Positions 59,375 through 64,000 of a DNA stretch of 64,000 nucleotides are shown here, piece by piece (within the stretch, counting starts at the first letter, position 1; every line of letters starts with the position of its first letter). The translations under genes and the position numbers were made by a program. The notes under the pieces are model-generated. The model made no database searches. It had not been told where the DNA came from and saw only the letters and a list, made by a program, of their open reading frames with translations. Origin of the DNA: an uncultured Candidatus Saccharibacteria bacterium (GTDB lineage: Bacteria; Patescibacteriota; Minisyncoccia; Phycocordibacterales; PALSA-1337); assembly GCA_964467225.1 (NCBI GenBank), contig CAYXPQ010000001.1, forward strand, positions 6,812 through 70,811. The letters run 5' to 3'.

Positions 59375-61057
59375 ATGCCCAAATATCAGATCAGAGAATT
59401 AAGAGACGGTGACTTTATTGATAATCTACTTTTTCACCGTGGAATCAAAACCGCAGAAGATAAAGAAAGATTTTTGAATTTAAATTATAATGAGCAAACA
59501 CATGACCCTTTTCTTCTAAAAGATGCCGAAAAAGCAGCAAAGAGAATAATTAAAGCAATAGAAAATAATGAAAAGATAGTTATCTATAGTGATTATGATG
59601 CAGATGGAATCCCAGCAGGGGTTATTTATCACGATTTATTTAAGAAAATAGGATTTAAGAATTTTATAAATTATATACCTCATAGACATGATGAGGGATT
59701 CGGACTAAATATTGATGCTGTAAATCAGTTCATAGAAGATAGGGTAAACCTAATTATTACTTTGGATTGTGGTATTTCTGATAATGAGGCAGTAAAATTG
59801 GCTCAAGATAATGGAATAGATGTCATAATAACCGATCATCATGAGCCACATGAAGAATTACCAAAAGCTTATGCAATAGTTGATCATAAACAAAAAGATT
59901 GCAATTATCCAGAAAAGATACTTTGTGGTTCTGGTGTAGGATATAAGCTAATACAGGCAATTTTAAAAATTAATAGATTTAATTTGAAAGAAGGTCAAGA
60001 GAAATGGTTCTTGGATATGGTTGGAATCGCTACATTGTCAGATATGGTACCTTTGGTGGGGGAGAATCGTGTTTTTGCTAGTTATGGACTAACTGTTCTA
60101 CGCAGAAGTCCAAGAAAGGGCTTAGTTAGACTATTGAATCATTTAAAAATCAATCAAAGATATTTGAATGAAGATGATATTGGGTTCATGATTACTCCGA
60201 GAATCAATGCAGCATCTAGAATGGGAGTGCCGATGGACGCCTTTCATCTACTTTCTACTGAAAGCGATGATGATGCTAATAAATTCACAGAACATTTGGA
60301 TAGAATTAATAATGAAAGAAAAGGCACAGTCGCTTCTCTTGTAAAAGAAGTTAAAAAGATAATAAATGAAAGACATAGGGAAAATCCAAGAAATGTAATT
60401 GTTGTTGGAAATCCAGAATGGAAGCCGTCGCTACTGGGGCTTGTTGCAAATATTTGTGCCGAGGAATTCAGCAAGCCTGCATTCATATGGGGTAGGGATG
60501 GAGATAATATCATCAAGGGTTCATGTAGATCAGGCGATACCGTAAGTGTAGTGGAGATAATGAAGAACGTACCAGATGGAGTGATGATTCAATACGGTGG
60601 TCACTTCGCTTCCGGAGGCTTCGTCGTAAGTAATGAGGCAATACATCACTTTGAGGATCATCTAAATTCTGCTTTTGACAAATTAATTAAAGAGAATAAT
60701 GATATTGAGCCAGATTATATTGATTATGAATTAGATTTGGATCAAGTGAATTGGGAGATCTATTCTCAAATTGAGAAATTGGCACCATTTGGTATCGGTA
60801 ATGAAAAGCCATTATTTATTTTTAAAGATATAAAAATTGTAGGAATAAAGCATTTTGGCAAAGAACAAAATCATTTGGAATTAAATTTTAAAAGCAAAAA
60901 GGGAAATAAAATTAATGCTATGGGATTTTTTATGAATTCAGGCAGTTTTGCAAAAGAATTAAAAGTTGGAATGAATATAGATCTTGTTGCTACACTTGAA
61001 AAATCTATGTTTAGAGGTCGAGCAGAGCTAAGATTGAGAATTGTTGATATACTATAG
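59375..61057 (+). CDS. recJ: ssDNA exonuclease RecJ
   Basis: DYDADG, TLDCG, TDHH, PRINAASR, GGH, PFGIGN. Confidence 0.95.
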   Translation: MPKYQIRELRDGDFIDNLLFHRGIKTAEDKERFLNLNYNEQTHDPFLLKDAEKAAKRIIKAIENNEKIVIYSDYDADGIPAGVIYHDLFKKIGFKNFINYIPHRHDEGFGLNIDAVNQFIEDRVNLIITLDCGISDNEAVKLAQDNGIDVIITDHHEPHEELPKAYAIVDHKQKDCNYPEKILCGSGVGYKLIQAILKINRFNLKEGQEKWFLDMVGIATLSDMVPLVGENRVFASYGLTVLRRSPRKGLVRLLNHLKINQRYLNEDDIGFMITPRINAASRMGVPMDAFHLLSTESDDDANKFTEHLDRINNERKGTVASLVKEVKKIINERHRENPRNVIVVGNPEWKPSLLGLVANICAEEFSKPAFIWGRDGDNIIKGSCRSGDTVSVVEIMKNVPDGVMIQYGGHFASGGFVVSNEAIHHFEDHLNSAFDKLIKENNDIEPDYIDYELDLDQVNWEIYSQIEKLAPFGIGNEKPLFIFKDIKIVGIKHFGKEQNHLELNFKSKKGNKINAMGFFMNSGSFAKELKVGMNIDLVATLEKSMFRGRAELRLRIVDIL

Positions 61058-61060
61058 AGC

Positions 61061-61540
61061 ATGAAAATTTCAATTTTTACTGATGGATCTTCAAGAGGTA
61101 ATCCAGGTCCTGGAGGATGGGGAGCTATTATATTGGATAATAATAATATCAGGGAAATCGGAGGGAGAGAAGATGTGACTACAAATAACAGAATGGAATT
61201 GATGGCTTGTATTAAATCTTTAGAGAGTATTTCGCCCACTTCAGCAATAGTTCTGTATTCAGATTCTCAATATGTAATAAAGGGTATGACAGAATGGATA
61301 GAAGGCTGGCAAAGGAAGAATTGGAAAAATTCTCAGAAGAAAGACGTGTTGAACAGAGATCTATGGGAGAAAATGCTTGAAGTTTCAAATGGTAAGAATA
61401 TTGAATGGAAATATGTTAAAGGTCATGCCGAAAATCCAGGAAATAATCGTTGTGATGAAATCGCCACAAGTTTTGCGGATAACGAGCCAACAAAATTGTA
61501 CGATGGACCTATTGACTCATACAGTATAAGAATTGTGTAA
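61061..61540 (+). CDS. rnhA: ribonuclease HI
   Basis: TDGSSRGNPGPGGWG, TTNNRMEL, DSQYV, VKGH, NNRCD. Confidence 0.96.
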   Translation: MKISIFTDGSSRGNPGPGGWGAIILDNNNIREIGGREDVTTNNRMELMACIKSLESISPTSAIVLYSDSQYVIKGMTEWIEGWQRKNWKNSQKKDVLNRDLWEKMLEVSNGKNIEWKYVKGHAENPGNNRCDEIATSFADNEPTKLYDGPIDSYSIRIV

Positions 61541-61546
61541 CTCAAA

Positions 61547-61603
61547 TCTTCATTAAATCTTAATAACTTCTTAAGATTTTCTTAATACTGCTTTTGCTAT
61601 TGT
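61547..61603 (+). promoter_or_regulatory. four 11-bp-phased TCTT(A/C)A repeats plus -10 box upstream of comEC
   Basis: TCTTCAT 61547, TCTTAAT 61558, TCTTAAG 61569, TCTTAAT 61580; TATTGT 61598-61603. Confidence 0.7.
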
Positions 61604-61609
61604 TGGTAG

Positions 61610-62944
61610 ATGAACAAAAAAATAAATATAGTTATCATTTTGATTTTAATAGCAATTCTCATTTTTCGATTCTACTTTGCATTTAATATTGATAATACAG
61701 ACTTGATAAAAAAATATTCAGGTCAAAATATTGAAATAAAAGGGATAATAATAAATGAACCACAAATAAAAGATTTCAATCAAGCGTTTAACGTTAAGAC
61801 TGACAAATTTATCACCAAGGTTACAACAGATAGGTATATAGAATATAATTACGGTGATAGGATTAGTTTAAATGGTAAAATTAGCACTCCAAGAAATTTC
61901 CAAAGTAACGGTGGAAGAACATTTGATTATATTAATTTTCTATTAAAAGATGGAATTGTTTTTGAAATGAAAAAACCATCAATTAAATTTGAGGGTAGAA
62001 ACGAGGGAAAATTTATTTCAAAAAATCTTTTTAAATTTAAACAGGCTTTCCTCTATAATCTCAAAAAGGTTTTGGGTGAACCTCATGCTGCTCTGGCAGG
62101 TGGACTTGTGGTAGGGGAGAAAGGAGCTCTGGGTAAAGAATTAATAGATGATTTCAGGAAATCTGGACTGATACATATCGTAGTTCTGTCTGGTTACAAT
62201 ATTACAATTGTGGCGGATTCGATAAGAAGAATACTTTCATTTCTACCTAGGGTAATTGGGATTATTCTCGGAGGATTAGGAATATTGTTTTTCGGAATTT
62301 TGGTAGGTGGTGGCGCTACTGTTATTAGATCATGCATCATGGCGATCATTGCACTGTTCGGTTCGTTGATTAGGCGAGACTATAATGTTGGCAAGGCTTT
62401 ATTTGTGGCAGGAGTTTTGATGTTGATTCAAAATCCATTAATTTTGCTTTATGATCCTTCTTTTCAATTATCTTTTCTAGCAACTCTCGGTCTTATATTT
62501 CTTTCTTCTCCAATTGAGAATAAATTAAATTTTGTTACTGATACTTTCGGTATTAGAGGACTCATTGCCTCTACACTCGCAACTCAAATATTCGTATCGC
62601 CATATATACTCTATATGATGGGACAATTATCAATAATTGGAACTATTGTAAATATTCTTGTATTACCAATAATCCCTATAACTATGTTTTTTGTTGCTGT
62701 GACTGGGTTAATCGGTTTTATAAGTGAAGGTATTTCTCAGATTTCTGCTTGGGTTTCACATCTGCTACTTTCATATGAATTATTTATTGTGAAATTCTCT
62801 GCATCACTTTCATTCTCATCAATTCAATTACCGAAATTTCCTTTCTCAATAGTTGTTGGATTTTATTTAATCTATTTTGTAATGCTTGTAAAATTGCCTT
62901 CAACCCTCTGCCAATTTAAGTTTTGGAAGAAATCTTCAACGTAA
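61610..62944 (+). CDS. comEC: ComEC/Rec2 DNA-uptake channel (OB-like plus Competence domains, no MBL domain)
   Basis: GLIHIVVLSGYNI, R..IM, NP..L.DPSFQLSFLAT. Confidence 0.92.
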   Translation: MNKKINIVIILILIAILIFRFYFAFNIDNTDLIKKYSGQNIEIKGIIINEPQIKDFNQAFNVKTDKFITKVTTDRYIEYNYGDRISLNGKISTPRNFQSNGGRTFDYINFLLKDGIVFEMKKPSIKFEGRNEGKFISKNLFKFKQAFLYNLKKVLGEPHAALAGGLVVGEKGALGKELIDDFRKSGLIHIVVLSGYNITIVADSIRRILSFLPRVIGIILGGLGILFFGILVGGGATVIRSCIMAIIALFGSLIRRDYNVGKALFVAGVLMLIQNPLILLYDPSFQLSFLATLGLIFLSSPIENKLNFVTDTFGIRGLIASTLATQIFVSPYILYMMGQLSIIGTIVNILVLPIIPITMFFVAVTGLIGFISEGISQISAWVSHLLLSYELFIVKFSASLSFSSIQLPKFPFSIVVGFYLIYFVMLVKLPSTLCQFKFWKKSST

Positions 62945-63423
62945 TTTTTCTTTCCGGATGGTTGATAGTCTGCAACATAAGAATGTTCCCACATATCAAG
63001 AGCGAGTATTAGTGCACAATCCTGGAGCTGACTTATGTGTTGTTCTTCAACCCAAATATTAATTAATAAATTTTCTTTTTTATCATAATAAAGCATTGCC
63101 CAACCAATACCTCTTGTTAATGCTAATGATTTGAAGGAAGCTAACCAAGCATCGTATGAACCAAAATCTTTCTCTATTTGTTTTTTTAAGGGACTATTGT
63201 CTGATAGGGGATTGGGAGTTCCTTCAAGTGATGAGAAATACACTTCATGATTTCTCATTCCATTGTATTCAAATCCTAAGCGTCTTATGTCTTGCTTGCC
63301 ATCTAGAGTTTCATTTAAGTTTTTTACATATCCGGCATATAACTTCAAATGCTCTTCGATTGTCTTGCTTGAAATTCCTTTTAAATTAGCAATATTAAAT
63401 TTTTTTTCGGTGAATTTATTCAT
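62872..63423 (-). CDS. Fe/Mn superoxide dismutase
   Basis: EH...Y..YV..LN, NHEVYF, GIGWA, LALDMWEHSY. Confidence 0.92.
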   Translation of the reverse strand: MNKFTEKKFNIANLKGISSKTIEEHLKLYAGYVKNLNETLDGKQDIRRLGFEYNGMRNHEVYFSSLEGTPNPLSDNSPLKKQIEKDFGSYDAWLASFKSLALTRGIGWAMLYYDKKENLLINIWVEEQHISQLQDCALILALDMWEHSYVADYQPSGKKNYVEDFFQNLNWQRVEGNFTSITK

Positions 63424-63437
63424 ATAACAATTTTATC

Positions 63438-64000
63438 ATGAAAAATAAAAAGCTATACATAATAATATTTATTTTAATTATCTCAGGCTATCTCTCATTT
63501 TATTTATATAAATGGGAATTTCGCGAGCGAGTATTTGGAATTTATTTTTTTAGTTTGAATAGAGGTCGATCAATTTTCATGAGAACAGCAGAAAATAAAA
63601 CAATACTTGTAGGTGGAGGACAGAATGCAGAGGTTATTAGAGAAATCACAAAGGTCACTCCTTTCTATAGAAGACGAATTAATAAATTAATAATTCCAAG
63701 CGCAAATGCGAATCAGATCGGCGGGCTAATAGAGATAGTTAGCAGATATGAAATTGATGAAATAATAATTCCAAAAATAATGTCAACAAGTACAGTCCTT
63801 TCAGAATTAAAAAAAGTTATAAATAGAAATAAAATTCATGTTATTGAGGTTGTAGAAGAAGATGAAATTGAAATAGAAAAAGGCTTAGAAATTAGAATTC
63901 TTTTCCCTAATGAAAATTTTAAATATAATAAAACAAGTTTGCCGGAATTAGGATTGAGAATCGATTATAAAAATACTTCTTTATATTTGATTGGAAATTT
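63438..64000 (+). CDS. degenerate ComEC-type metallo-beta-lactamase-fold protein (3' end outside window)
   Basis: Open frame not in ORF track: MKNKKLYIIIFILII TM...FFSLNRGRSIFM...ILVGGG...INKLIIPSANANQIGGL...YKNTSLYLIGN. Confidence 0.75.
   Translation, partial: MKNKKLYIIIFILIISGYLSFYLYKWEFRERVFGIYFFSLNRGRSIFMRTAENKTILVGGGQNAEVIREITKVTPFYRRRINKLIIPSANANQIGGLIEIVSRYEIDEIIIPKIMSTSTVLSELKKVINRNKIHVIEVVEEDEIEIEKGLEIRILFPNENFKYNKTSLPELGLRIDYKNTSLYLIGN

Noticed and set aside
60420-60640. Locally GC-richer patch in recJ
   Set aside because: Explainable by Gly-rich DHHA1 motifs; cannot be shown to be a recombination patch without comparison.
1-64000. CRISPR arrays, IS elements, rRNA, stop-codon reassignment, and the many short ORFs overlapping long genes
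   Set aside because: No repeat-spacer arrays, transposases or rRNA seen; dnaA and cca end at TGA, consistent with code 11; the short overlapping ORFs are antisense or alternate-frame shadows.

Overview
AT-rich bacterial chromosome segment spanning the replication origin (dnaN-dnaA / rpmH-rnpA-yidC). Gene content suggests a Patescibacteria (CPR, Parcubacteria-like) genome, by inference: shortened housekeeping proteins, a chromosomal PrgI/VirB4/VirB6-like T4SS cluster, two PilB ATPases, split ComEC, and almost no Shine-Dalgarno sites. It holds about 55 CDSs and four CCA-less tRNAs (Arg-TCG, Gly-GCC, Pro-TGG, Gly-TCC); I saw no rRNA, CRISPR array or IS. Main non-obvious signals: (1) a 21-bp tandem-repeat operator shared, with the same geometry, by the comM and comEC promoters 32.6 kb apart; (2) a 6S-RNA-like fold upstream of ruvB; (3) a GC-rich promoter-to-terminator unit between rpsO and xer with a structured leader and tiny ORFs; (4) a parS-like cluster in and beside cca; (5) widespread apparently leaderless genes; (6) a catalytically dead ComEC metallo-beta-lactamase gene separated from comEC by sod. 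All calls come from reading the sequence; no database searches were run.
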